Source of the DNA: Candidatus Eiseniibacteriota bacterium
Lineage (GTDB): Bacteria > Arandabacterota > Arandabacteria > Arandabacterales > Arandabacteraceae
Direction: 5' to 3'
Length of the DNA stretch: 64,000 nt
NCBI GenBank assembly: GCA_043810925.1
Contig: JBDRNT010000094.1
Coordinates: forward strand, 1-64,000
Below the pieces are notes generated by a model, which ran no database searches, was not told where the DNA came from, and worked only from the letters and a program-made list of their open reading frames with translations. Positions 9,176-18,009 of this stretch are shown here, in pieces. The position numbers were made by a program, and so were the translations under genes. How positions within the stretch are numbered: the first letter of the stretch is position 1; the number at the start of each line of letters is the position of its first letter.

Positions 9176-10654
9176 ATGGATATCACCCTATCCGTCGCCT
9201 TCCTGATCTACCTGGCAGTACTTATCGGGGTGGGGCTCATCGCCTTCAGGCGTACGAGGACCTTTGATGACTACTACCTTGCAGGGCGAAGCCTGAGCCC
9301 GACCGCGGCCGCCCTGAGCGCGGAGGCAAGCTCCGAAAGCGGTTGGCTCCTTTTGGGGTTACCCGGGCAGGCCTTCAGCCAGGGGATCGGAGCCTTCTGG
9401 GTCGCTCTCGGCTGTGTTTGCGGGACCTTCTTTAACTGGACCGCACTGGCCACCCGTCTCAGGAGGATAACGGGATTCTTCCGTGTCATCACAATCCCCG
9501 GCTACCTCGAGGAAAGGTTCAATGACTCGAGGCACACGCTCCGGGTGATTGCTGCGATCCTGATTGCAGTCTTCATGACGGCTTATGTTGCTGCCCAGTT
9601 TGTGGCCTCGGGAAAGGCCTTGAGCGTCACCTTCGGGATCGACTATACGGTGGCGGTTCTCATCGGTGGGGTGGTCATCCTCTTTTACACAATGATGGGC
9701 GGCTTTTTCGCCGTTGCCTGGACGGATGTGATCCAGGCCATGATGATGATATTCGGGCTCGTTGTGATACCCGTGGTGGGAACAATCAAACTCGGAGGGC
9801 CGGTGGCGCTCTGGACGAAACTTGCGTCGGTCACTCCACCGGATGGTGGTTACTTAAGTCTCCGGGTGGGGAGGGAGGGTATCGGGCTTGCCACATTCCT
9901 TGTCGGGATGATCGGGATCGGTCTCGGCTATCCGGGTCAGCCTCATATAATGGTCCGCTTCATGGCGATTAAGAAGCCGAAGCTTGTGAGGAAAGGGGCA
10001 TTGATAGGCGTTGTGTGGGCGGTGATAGCCCTTTACGGGGCGGTCTTTATCGGGCTGGTGGCCAGAGCGGTGCTTACCGGTGACCCGGGTGACCCTGAGA
10101 GGGTCATGCCGCTCCTTGCGATGCAGATTCTACCTTCATGGCTTGCAGGCGTAATGATCGCCGCGGCGATGGCCGCGATGATGTCGACTGCCGATAGTCA
10201 GCTTCTTGTCGCATCGTCATCGTTTGTGCAGGACTTCTATCACAAGACCTTCGGGCGAGAGCCCAAACCGAAACAGCTCGTGCGCTTGAGCAGGATCGTC
10301 ACGCTGGTCGTCGGTCTCGTTGCGATGGTGGTGGCGCTGCGCCAGGACCCGGAAAACCCCGTCGGAGTTGTCTTCTGGCTTGTGCTTTACGCCTGGGGAG
10401 GACTCGCGTCGAGTTTCGGCCCGCTGCTTGTGCTCTCACTTTACTGGAAGCGGGTGACCAGGGCGGGTGCGATCGCCGGGATAGTCTCCGGCTCGGTCGT
10501 GGTGATTATCTGGAAAAACATTCCGGTGCTTTCAGGATTTCTTTATGAGCTCGTGCCCGGTTTCATCGTGAGTCTTATAGTGATCGTTGTCGTGAGCCTG
10601 CTCACAATGCCGCCTGAACTCTCGGAGGAAGCCGCTGCTGCTATCGGGCTGTAA
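9176..10654 (+). CDS. putP: Sodium:solute symporter, PutP (Na+/proline)-like
   Basis: DYYLAGRSL, SGWLLLGLPG, GGFFAVAWTD, LGYPGQPH, AAMMSTADSQLL; many TM helices. Confidence 0.85.
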   Translation: MDITLSVAFLIYLAVLIGVGLIAFRRTRTFDDYYLAGRSLSPTAAALSAEASSESGWLLLGLPGQAFSQGIGAFWVALGCVCGTFFNWTALATRLRRITGFFRVITIPGYLEERFNDSRHTLRVIAAILIAVFMTAYVAAQFVASGKALSVTFGIDYTVAVLIGGVVILFYTMMGGFFAVAWTDVIQAMMMIFGLVVIPVVGTIKLGGPVALWTKLASVTPPDGGYLSLRVGREGIGLATFLVGMIGIGLGYPGQPHIMVRFMAIKKPKLVRKGALIGVVWAVIALYGAVFIGLVARAVLTGDPGDPERVMPLLAMQILPSWLAGVMIAAAMAAMMSTADSQLLVASSSFVQDFYHKTFGREPKPKQLVRLSRIVTLVVGLVAMVVALRQDPENPVGVVFWLVLYAWGGLASSFGPLLVLSLYWKRVTRAGAIAGIVSGSVVVIIWKNIPVLSGFLYELVPGFIVSLIVIVVVSLLTMPPELSEEAAAAIGL

Positions 10655-10680
10655 CGGGAAGCTGCATCAAGATATAAAAG

Positions 10681-10761
10681 CGGCAGGGGTTCGGCGGCGA
10701 TATGGCAGCGATTCGGTAGCGACCCGGCGGCGATTCAGCGGTGCGGTGGCGATTCAGCAGG
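10681..10761 (+). repeat. Degenerate tandem 11-bp repeats (YGGYRGCGATT-like)
   Basis: CGGCGGCGATA/TGGCAGCGATT/CGGTAGCGACC/CGGCGGCGATT at 10692, 10703, 10714, 10725; CGGTGGCGATT at 10744. Confidence 0.7.
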
Positions 10762-10765
10762 TCCG

Positions 10766-10794
10766 TTGACTCGCACTGCGGCGTGTGGTAGAAT
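10766..10794 (+). promoter_or_regulatory. Sigma70-type promoter TTGACT-N17-TAGAAT (extended -10 TG)
   Basis: Consensus spacing, upstream of the ferredoxin/AOR operon. Confidence 0.65.
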
Positions 10795-10824
10795 CTCGGC
10801 CAGCTATATAGACGGGGGTTAGAC

Positions 10825-11208
10825 GTGAAAATCGGCAGGGATGAACTACGGTGTACGGGGTGTAAGACGTGTCAATTGATATGCTCGCTCGAGCACTTCA
10901 AGGAACACAACCCTAAGAAGGCGGCGATCGGCATAACGGGTAAGTTTCCGGCTCCGGGCAAGTATAAGATCAGTCTCTGTACCCAATGCGAGAAGTGTAT
11001 CGAGGTCTGTCCGGCTGATGCGATCAGTAACGAGGCAGGCGTCATGAAGATCGATGCCGACAAGTGCAACTACTGTCTTGTTTGTGTTGACGAATGTCCT
11101 TTCGGTGCGATCTTCACTCACAGGGACTTTGAGAAACCCTTTATCTGTGATGTATGTGGCGAGTGTGTAGAGATCTGCCCGACGAAGGCGCTCTACTGGA
11201 AAGAGTAG
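10825..11208 (+). CDS. 4Fe-4S polyferredoxin, AOR electron-transfer subunit
   Basis: Multiple CxxCxxCxxxC(P) motifs; directly upstream of AOR. Confidence 0.9.
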   Translation: MKIGRDELRCTGCKTCQLICSLEHFKEHNPKKAAIGITGKFPAPGKYKISLCTQCEKCIEVCPADAISNEAGVMKIDADKCNYCLVCVDECPFGAIFTHRDFEKPFICDVCGECVEICPTKALYWKE

Positions 11209-11223
11209 AGATGGAGGAGCAAA

Positions 11224-13056
11224 GTGACAGGCGGCTATGGCGGTAGCATTTTAAAAATCAATCTGACTGATAGGAAGGTCGTGAAGGAACCGACGCCGGA
11301 CGATCTCATCAAGGACTACATAGGTGCCAGGGGATTCATAATCCGCACGCTGTTTAAGGAGCTGGCACCGGGCACGGACCCGCTCGGACCCGATGCCAAG
11401 TTTATCATGGCGACGGGACCGCTCACGGGGCTTTTCGTTCCGTCTTCAGGCAAGATCCAGACGGGCGGTAAGTCACCCCTTACCGGTGGCTACGGGGAGG
11501 CAAACTCCGGGGGTCACTTCCCGGAAGAACTCAAGCTCGCCGGTTACGACATGATCATCCTTGATGGACAGAGTGAGAAACCCTGTTACATCGTCATAGA
11601 TGATGACGAGGTTAGGATAGAGGATGCCGGTGATCTATGGGGCAAAGGCTCTTTCGCCGTCGAAGAGACGCTCAAGGCCAGTCTCGGTGATGACTTCCAG
11701 ATTGCCTCCATCGGCCCGGCTGGTGAGAAGCTCGTAAAGATCGCCTGCATAACCCATGATTTCGGCCGCCAGGCGGGACGGACGGGCTTGGGTGCCGTTC
11801 TGGGTTCGAAGAAAGTCAAGGCGATCTGCCTGAGAGGTACAAAGGCGATTCGCGTACATGATCTCGACGGTCTTATGAAGGTCGGAAGACGCATGTACGA
11901 GCAGTGCTTCACCAACCCGGCGTTTGAGCTCTGGCAGACCTACGGAACATCGGCGGTCGTAAACTGGGCGAACCGGATCGGTGCGTTCCCGACACGGAAC
12001 TTCAAGTCCGGCTACTTCGAGCAGTTCACGAATATAAGCGGGCCGCGCATGCGCAAGGATATCGTGGTCATAAACAAGGCCTGCTTTGCCTGTGCGATGT
12101 GTTGCGGCAAGTACTCGCATGCCAAGACGGATAAGTATGATGTTTACGTGGAAGGCCCCGAGTATGAGACCACGGCGATGATCGGGGGCGACTGCGCTCT
12201 GGGCAATATCAAGGACGTTGCATACGGCAACTACCTGTGTGACGACTACGGCATCGATACGATATCGGGCGGGAGCATTGCAGCCTTTGCGATCGAATGT
12301 TTCGAGAAGGGTATCATCACGGAGAAGGATACGGGCGGGCTCGTGCTCAAGTTCGGTGATCCCGAAAGCGTCTTCAGTCTGCTGAAGATGATAGCGATGC
12401 GGGAGGGCATAGGTGATGTGCTTGCCGAGGGCAGCAAGGCTGCTGCCGAGCACTTTGGCGGGGACTCCATCAAGTTCGCGATGCAGGTAAAGGGGCTCGA
12501 GCAGAGCGGGTATGAAACGAGAAGGGCGCCTGCGATGCTCCTTTCATATATGACCTCCGATATTGGTGCGCACCACAGACCGTCATGGGCGATCACGCAT
12601 GACATCGCGACGGGACGGGAGAGTGTTGAGGGCAAGGCGGTCAAGGTGATCGAGCTTCAACACACACGGCCGCTTTTTGACACCCTCGGGGTGTGCAGGC
12701 TTCCCTGGATTGAAATGCAGGTCCCGGTCAGCGATTATGCCGAAGCTTACAGGAAAGCCACGGGGATCGATTACAGCGAGCAGGATCTTATCTCGATATC
12801 CGAACGGATATGGAATCTCACACGCATGTTCTGGGTGCGGGAGGTGCCGGGATTCGGACGTGCGTCCGACATTCCGCCGGCAAGGGTTTACGAGGACAAA
12901 TTGACCGGTGGTTCCACGGACGGTGGCATCCTTGAGCGCGAGAAGATCGAAGCCATGCTGGATGATTACTATAACCTGAGAGGCTGGACGAGCGATGGTA
13001 TCCCGACCGGGCAAAAGCTGCATGAGCTCGGACTCGACTGGGTCAACCTTCCCTGA
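11224..13056 (+). CDS. aor: Aldehyde:ferredoxin oxidoreductase (tungstopterin AOR family)
   Basis: KSPLTG, IGPAGE, AGRTGLGAVLGSKKVKAI, CFACAMCC, GPEYET, GIDTIS, YYNLRGW. Confidence 0.92.
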   Translation: MTGGYGGSILKINLTDRKVVKEPTPDDLIKDYIGARGFIIRTLFKELAPGTDPLGPDAKFIMATGPLTGLFVPSSGKIQTGGKSPLTGGYGEANSGGHFPEELKLAGYDMIILDGQSEKPCYIVIDDDEVRIEDAGDLWGKGSFAVEETLKASLGDDFQIASIGPAGEKLVKIACITHDFGRQAGRTGLGAVLGSKKVKAICLRGTKAIRVHDLDGLMKVGRRMYEQCFTNPAFELWQTYGTSAVVNWANRIGAFPTRNFKSGYFEQFTNISGPRMRKDIVVINKACFACAMCCGKYSHAKTDKYDVYVEGPEYETTAMIGGDCALGNIKDVAYGNYLCDDYGIDTISGGSIAAFAIECFEKGIITEKDTGGLVLKFGDPESVFSLLKMIAMREGIGDVLAEGSKAAAEHFGGDSIKFAMQVKGLEQSGYETRRAPAMLLSYMTSDIGAHHRPSWAITHDIATGRESVEGKAVKVIELQHTRPLFDTLGVCRLPWIEMQVPVSDYAEAYRKATGIDYSEQDLISISERIWNLTRMFWVREVPGFGRASDIPPARVYEDKLTGGSTDGGILEREKIEAMLDDYYNLRGWTSDGIPTGQKLHELGLDWVNLP

Positions 13057-14298
13057 ATGAAAAACCGGGTCAGATTCACCTTCGTACGTGATCGCCTGAA
13101 CCGAACCGCAATCGCTTCACTTGTCGCGGCACTCGAATGCGAAGTCGACGATGTATCCGACTGCGTACGTGTGACAACCCCGAAGGATCTGCTCGAGCTC
13201 GACTTCGATCGATCCGGGCGCACCGTTGAAGTGGTTTGTGTCTCCTCGATGACCGTGAATTTCCCGTCCGCCTTACGCTTGATCAAGATCCTTAAGAAAC
13301 GATGGGGTACGGATGCATTCATAACGCTCTCAGGCGGTGCCCACTCGAGCGGACAACCGCTAAAGGCTCTCAGTGCCGGCATTGACTACTGCTGTGTCGG
13401 CGAGGGGGAGGACGTGATCCGGGAGGTGGCACGCAATCCGGCGGCCGGGGAGAGTCTCAGTGAGATAGCCGGCGTCTACAGGCTTGAGGGTGAGATCTTG
13501 CAGGGTAAGCCGCGGACGGTTCCCGTCGATCTGAGCTCGTTTCCGGCGCTGCCGACGCGTATGAGATTCCCGACCTATATTGAAATCGGGCGAGGTTGCA
13601 GCTGGGGGTGCGGGTTTTGCCAGACGCCCGGGATTCACGGCCGGGTCGAACGGTTTCGAAGTGTGGCGGAGATTGAGGATATCGTGTCGGTCTATGCGGA
13701 TTTCGGCATGAAGGACTTTCGCTTCCTGCTTCCGAACTCGCTTGGCTATGCATCGGATGAGGCCGGGAAGCCCAACTGTGATGTGCTGGAAGATCTCCTT
13801 GTGAGAAGCAGGTCCGTGTCAAAGGGCGGCAGGCTCTATCTGGGTTCGTTCCCATCGGAGGTGAGACCCGACTACGTGACGGAAGATGCAATCCGTATCC
13901 TCAAAGCACATGTCTCCAACACGAAGCTGGTGATCGGTGGCCAGTCGGGCAGCGATCGGATGCTCGAGTCTATCGGCAGGGGCCACGGGGTCGAGGCCAT
14001 CAGGCGTTCCTGTGATATTATCTCATCATGCGGGTTCGTACCGGCGGTCGACATGGTTCTGGGTTTCCCCGGAGAGACATCCGATGACAGGCAAGCGACG
14101 TTTGCGTTTGTCGAAAAGCTGGGAGCGACGGGCACCATCTTCTACATACACTTCTTCATGCCGCTTCCGGGGACACCTCTGGCAGGCGGCGATCCGGTCT
14201 TTCTCACAGATGACGAGCGGAGAAACCTTGATCGGCTGGCCCAGGAGGGTATAGTCAGGGGCAGATGGCGAAGCCAGGAGGAACTCGCAGGAGAGTAG
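13057..14298 (+). CDS. B12-binding-domain radical SAM protein (MJ1487/TIGR04013-like)
   Basis: GGAH, VGEGE, EIGRGCSWGCGFCQTP, LGSFPSEVRP, GGQSGS, FMPLPGTP. Confidence 0.85.
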   Translation: MKNRVRFTFVRDRLNRTAIASLVAALECEVDDVSDCVRVTTPKDLLELDFDRSGRTVEVVCVSSMTVNFPSALRLIKILKKRWGTDAFITLSGGAHSSGQPLKALSAGIDYCCVGEGEDVIREVARNPAAGESLSEIAGVYRLEGEILQGKPRTVPVDLSSFPALPTRMRFPTYIEIGRGCSWGCGFCQTPGIHGRVERFRSVAEIEDIVSVYADFGMKDFRFLLPNSLGYASDEAGKPNCDVLEDLLVRSRSVSKGGRLYLGSFPSEVRPDYVTEDAIRILKAHVSNTKLVIGGQSGSDRMLESIGRGHGVEAIRRSCDIISSCGFVPAVDMVLGFPGETSDDRQATFAFVEKLGATGTIFYIHFFMPLPGTPLAGGDPVFLTDDERRNLDRLAQEGIVRGRWRSQEELAGE

Positions 14299-14300
14299 CT

Positions 14301-14837
14301 ATGGCACGACGAAGAACACGACCCTCGCAGATAAAGATCTTCTGCGGTCTGATAGGCTGTGAGGAGTCTTTCGCGCAGGCAGCCGACCTGCTTACCGCTC
14401 ACTTCGGCGACATCGATTGCGAGAGCCCGGTCCTGCCTTTTGACTTTACCCAGTACTACAGGGACGAGATGGGGGATGGACTGCTCCGCAAGTGGATCGC
14501 CTTCAGGGAGTTGCGCGAACGGGCGTTTCTCTCACGGGCCAAGCATCTGGCGATCCGGACCGAGCAGGATCTGGCTCAGGGTGAGATGAGGACAGTCAAC
14601 ATCGACCCCGGTTACGTTGATGACGCACAGGTGGTTCTGGCAACTGCCAAGAACTTCTCTCACCGCATCTATGTGGGCATGGGGTATTATGCCGAGGTCA
14701 CGCTCATATACAGAGATAAGGATTTCAGACCGGTAGAGTGGACGTATCCCGATTACAAGAGCCCCGAGGGGCTTGGGTTTTTCAGGAAGGTCAGGAAAGC
14801 CTACCACACACAGGTGAGGTCGGACAGTGACTCCTGA
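14301..14837 (+). CDS. DUF4416-family protein
   Basis: FTQYYRDEMG, RTVNIDPGY, LATAKNFSHRIY, WTYPDY. Confidence 0.8.
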   Translation: MARRRTRPSQIKIFCGLIGCEESFAQAADLLTAHFGDIDCESPVLPFDFTQYYRDEMGDGLLRKWIAFRELRERAFLSRAKHLAIRTEQDLAQGEMRTVNIDPGYVDDAQVVLATAKNFSHRIYVGMGYYAEVTLIYRDKDFRPVEWTYPDYKSPEGLGFFRKVRKAYHTQVRSDSDS

Positions 14838-15681
14838 GCGACGGGCACCGATTGTAGTTGCGTTTGCGATCGTGGTGGTCTCATTTGCGGCGATCCTGAT
14901 AAGACTGTGTAACGTACCCACGGCTGTGATAGCCGCCTTCAGACTCGCCTTCTCATCACTCATCCTGCTGCCTCTCTTTGCCGGGAAGCGCCGGGGCCTT
15001 GTGGTTACGAAAAAACAGGTGGGACTCTGTGCGCTTTCGGGCGTCTTTCTCTCGCTTCACTTCCTGCTGTGGATCGAATCGCTCCAAATCACGACGGTGG
15101 CGAGCTCCGTGGTGCTTGTGACGACAAGCCCCATCTTCGCGGCCATCTTCGCCTGGGTTGTGCTCAGGGAGGGGATAAGCCGGAGGACGCTCGTCGCGAC
15201 GGTGCTGTGTTTTCTCGGAAGTCTGAGCATTGGTCGGGGAGATATCCATCTTGGTCCGGGGATGCTCAAGGGTGACCTCTTTGCCCTCGGTGGGGCGGCG
15301 GCATTCGGGGCATGCTTCGTGATCGGTAGATCGCTCAGAAGAAGCCTCGGTTATATCGAGTATGCGTTCATGACCTACACGGCATCTGCCGTGTTGCTGC
15401 TTGCCTGGATGATGTTGCGGGGGCATGGGTTCACGGGATTCGAACCCGTGAACTACCTCTGGTTTGCGCTTCTCGCACTCGGTCCACAGGTTTTCGGTCA
15501 TACGTCGCTTAACTGGGCACTCAAGTATATCCCCGCGCCGAAGGTCGCCATCTCCATCCTTGGTGAGCCCGTGGGCTCCGCACTTCTTGCGTGGCTCTTC
15601 TTTGCTGAAGTCCCGGGCTACGCGCTGTTCATCGGCGGCGCCCTTATCCTCTACGGCGTCTACCTCGCCATGACCGACTAA
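14827..15681 (+). CDS. DMT/EamA-family transporter
   Basis: About 10 TM helices; HFLLWIESL, GPQVFGHT, GEPVG. Confidence 0.9.
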   Translation: MTPERRAPIVVAFAIVVVSFAAILIRLCNVPTAVIAAFRLAFSSLILLPLFAGKRRGLVVTKKQVGLCALSGVFLSLHFLLWIESLQITTVASSVVLVTTSPIFAAIFAWVVLREGISRRTLVATVLCFLGSLSIGRGDIHLGPGMLKGDLFALGGAAAFGACFVIGRSLRRSLGYIEYAFMTYTASAVLLLAWMMLRGHGFTGFEPVNYLWFALLALGPQVFGHTSLNWALKYIPAPKVAISILGEPVGSALLAWLFFAEVPGYALFIGGALILYGVYLAMTD

Positions 15682-15686
15682 CCCAC

Positions 15687-15797
15687 AACCCTTGGGGTCA
15701 GAGCTAAAAAGGTGATAAACCCTTGGGGTCAGAGCTAAAAAGGTGCAGATGTGAGCTCTGACCCCAAGGGTTTATCACCTTTTTAGCTCTGACCCCA
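15687..15797. repeat. REP-like palindrome: perfect 44-bp inverted repeat built from GGGGTCAGAGCT units
   Basis: 15693-15736 is the exact reverse complement of 15754-15797; a 28-bp direct repeat occurs at 15687 and 15718. Confidence 0.95.
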
Positions 15798-15816
15798 TGT
15801 GGAGGGGGGAATGTGG

Positions 15817-15845
15817 TTGAAACAGGCGGAGATTCGGTGTATAAT
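15817..15845 (+). promoter_or_regulatory. Sigma70-type promoter TTGAAA-N17-TATAAT
   Basis: Near-consensus boxes upstream of RBS AGGAGGT and ATG 15886. Confidence 0.65.
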
Positions 15846-15885
15846 GGGACGCGTTGGAATGTGTTCAGCCACAGGAGGTGTCAAT

Positions 15886-17301
15886 ATGAAGCGAGTGCTA
15901 CTGATTGGTTTGGTCTGTTGTATGTTCCCCGTGGCAGCATACGCGACCCCCTATGTCACGCCCGAAGAACTCATGAGTATGGAGTCGCATGAAGATGTTT
16001 TCACCCTCAGGGCGGGTGTCCCGGGTCCACGCCCGTTTGACTACGAGTACGATCCGCTCGCCAGGCTTCTACTGGGGGCCGACTTCATCGTGACCATGCA
16101 GGTCAGTGACACTCTGCTCATGACCTATGGCGGGATAAGGGAAGGCGAGCACATGCTGGAGGTGATCCAGACCGACAACACGAGCGAGTCGATATGGATC
16201 TGGTCCCGCTGTTACAGCAGAAGCGGTCTGGATGCCTACCACGACAACATCGACGCCGCCTGGGAGTACTGTATGAATAACCCGGCATATGGTGAAGAGG
16301 GAGGAGACGACCGCGTGACGGGCTACTACCGTGTCTATAACTGCGGGTGGGCCCTGCGTGCGGAGATGGAATACCGGCGGGTATACGGCGATGCGACCTA
16401 CTCGGCTTACGCCGATTCGTGCGCTTCTTATCTGTGTCATCATCCGATGTACCTCTTTTTCCCCGTGGGTGCGCCTAAGAGGCTCAACGGAATGATAATG
16501 GGTTGGGCGGTAGGGAACCTCTATGACTACGGTGTCGACGTCGGGAGCACGACCTACATGACCAAAGCGGTTGACTATGCGGACTCGGTCAAGGCCTGGG
16601 CTGAGACCAACCCGAACAAGTTCCACTGGCAGGAATGGGCCATGGAGGGTGGGGCTGTGATGTGGGGCGTGGTTAACTCCTATTTCAAAGACGATCCGAC
16701 GGGAGTTGAAACCTGGGTCGATACGTACGCACCGTATCTCGATACGGAAGTCGATTCGTCACAGTACCAGAATGCCTGGCGGGGCTGGGCCGCGCTCGGT
16801 CAGATCACGGCGGCCGAGGTTCTGGGGAGCGGAGTCTACTACGACTATTTCAAGCACCTTGCGGACACGCTCGTGCTCAATGACGGTGACCTGGACGGCG
16901 GGATCCCCGTCACCGATCCCGAACCCGATGATCAGGACCAGTCCTGGGTTACGAACTACCTCGGCTTTATGTGTATGGACAAGCTGCTTGAGAATGCGGG
17001 TATAGCATCGCGCCAAACCCGGGACGAAGCCGCACTCGACGTATCCGCGGGGCCGATGCCATCGGGCGAGCTGCCCAGTCTGATGTTCAGGCTGGCGGAG
17101 CCCTCACGGGTATCGATCACGGTCTATGATGTGACCGGACGGAGTATCTCAAGCAGGGATGCCGGAATCCTCAGTCAGGGATTCCACTCAATAGCCTTAA
17201 ACGAGGGACTTGCCGGCGGTGAGGTCTCTCCGGGGATCTACTTCTATACACTGCGCTACGGGACAGGACTTGCCAGCGGTAAGGTTGTTGTGCTAAAGTA
17301 G
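15886..17301 (+). CDS. Secreted hypothetical protein (Trp/Tyr-rich core) with C-terminal FlgD-Ig/T9SS-like domain
   Basis: RBS AGGAGGT, signal peptide, tail VYDVTGR...PGIYF...KVVVLK. Confidence 0.8.
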   Translation: MKRVLLIGLVCCMFPVAAYATPYVTPEELMSMESHEDVFTLRAGVPGPRPFDYEYDPLARLLLGADFIVTMQVSDTLLMTYGGIREGEHMLEVIQTDNTSESIWIWSRCYSRSGLDAYHDNIDAAWEYCMNNPAYGEEGGDDRVTGYYRVYNCGWALRAEMEYRRVYGDATYSAYADSCASYLCHHPMYLFFPVGAPKRLNGMIMGWAVGNLYDYGVDVGSTTYMTKAVDYADSVKAWAETNPNKFHWQEWAMEGGAVMWGVVNSYFKDDPTGVETWVDTYAPYLDTEVDSSQYQNAWRGWAALGQITAAEVLGSGVYYDYFKHLADTLVLNDGDLDGGIPVTDPEPDDQDQSWVTNYLGFMCMDKLLENAGIASRQTRDEAALDVSAGPMPSGELPSLMFRLAEPSRVSITVYDVTGRSISSRDAGILSQGFHSIALNEGLAGGEVSPGIYFYTLRYGTGLASGKVVVLK

Positions 17302-17481
17302 ACCCTGCACCGGGCGCAGGATGTGATACATGCGGTGTGACTCTGCGGTTCCCGGTATGGAAGCCGAATTGAGTGGAGCCAGCTGACTTGGTAGACGCAT
17401 TAGTGGTCTTTACAGGTGGCCCGACCCTGTCACAATCTGAAATCTTCCATGTGGTTCCCCCTATTTCGGAGGTGATGCTCC

Positions 17482-18009
17482 ATAGAGCATAAGAGCGGAG
17501 GGGCCCTTCTTGTCGTAGACATGCTGAACGACTTCGTGTTGCCCGGGGCCCCGCTCGAAGTCCCGCTTGCCCGGGACATCATCCCGGTTGTCCGCACGAG
17601 AATCGAAAGGGCCAGGCAAGAGGGAATCCCGGTGATCTACCTGTGTGATGCGCACGCGGAGGATGACAGGGAATTCAAGATCTGGCCGAGACACGCCGTT
17701 GGCGGGACGGAGGGAAGCAGGGTGATCAGAGAGCTCGCTCCGGGCCGGGGTGACATAGTGCTTGCCAAAACCACGTATTCAGCTTTTTATAAGACACAGC
17801 TTGAGGATACTCTTAAGCGAATGAAGATAGAGAGGCTGACAATAGTCGGCATTGTTACCAATATATGCATCTTCTTCACCGCCGCAGATGCCGTGATGCG
17901 AGGATACGATGTGGAGGTCCCGCGGGACGGTGTCGCGGCCCTGAGTCCGGACGAAAACGAGTTCGCACTCGACCAGATGGCCGATGTTCTCAAGGTGAGG
18001 CTCACATGA
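17482..18009 (+). CDS. pncA: Nicotinamidase/isochorismatase-family cysteine hydrolase, probable ATA start
   Basis: ALLVVDMLNDF, DAH, WPRH, KTTYSAF, TNICI; stop overlaps the pncB start. Confidence 0.85.
   Translation: MEHKSGGALLVVDMLNDFVLPGAPLEVPLARDIIPVVRTRIERARQEGIPVIYLCDAHAEDDREFKIWPRHAVGGTEGSRVIRELAPGRGDIVLAKTTYSAFYKTQLEDTLKRMKIERLTIVGIVTNICIFFTAADAVMRGYDVEVPRDGVAALSPDENEFALDQMADVLKVRLT

Noticed and set aside
15687..15797. 28-bp direct repeats as a CRISPR array
   Set aside because: Only two direct copies 3 nt apart, then inverted copies; no unique spacers and no cas genes in the window.
17302..17467. NAD-related riboswitch or operator before pncA
   Set aside because: No motif or palindrome I can support by eye; needs an Rfam scan.
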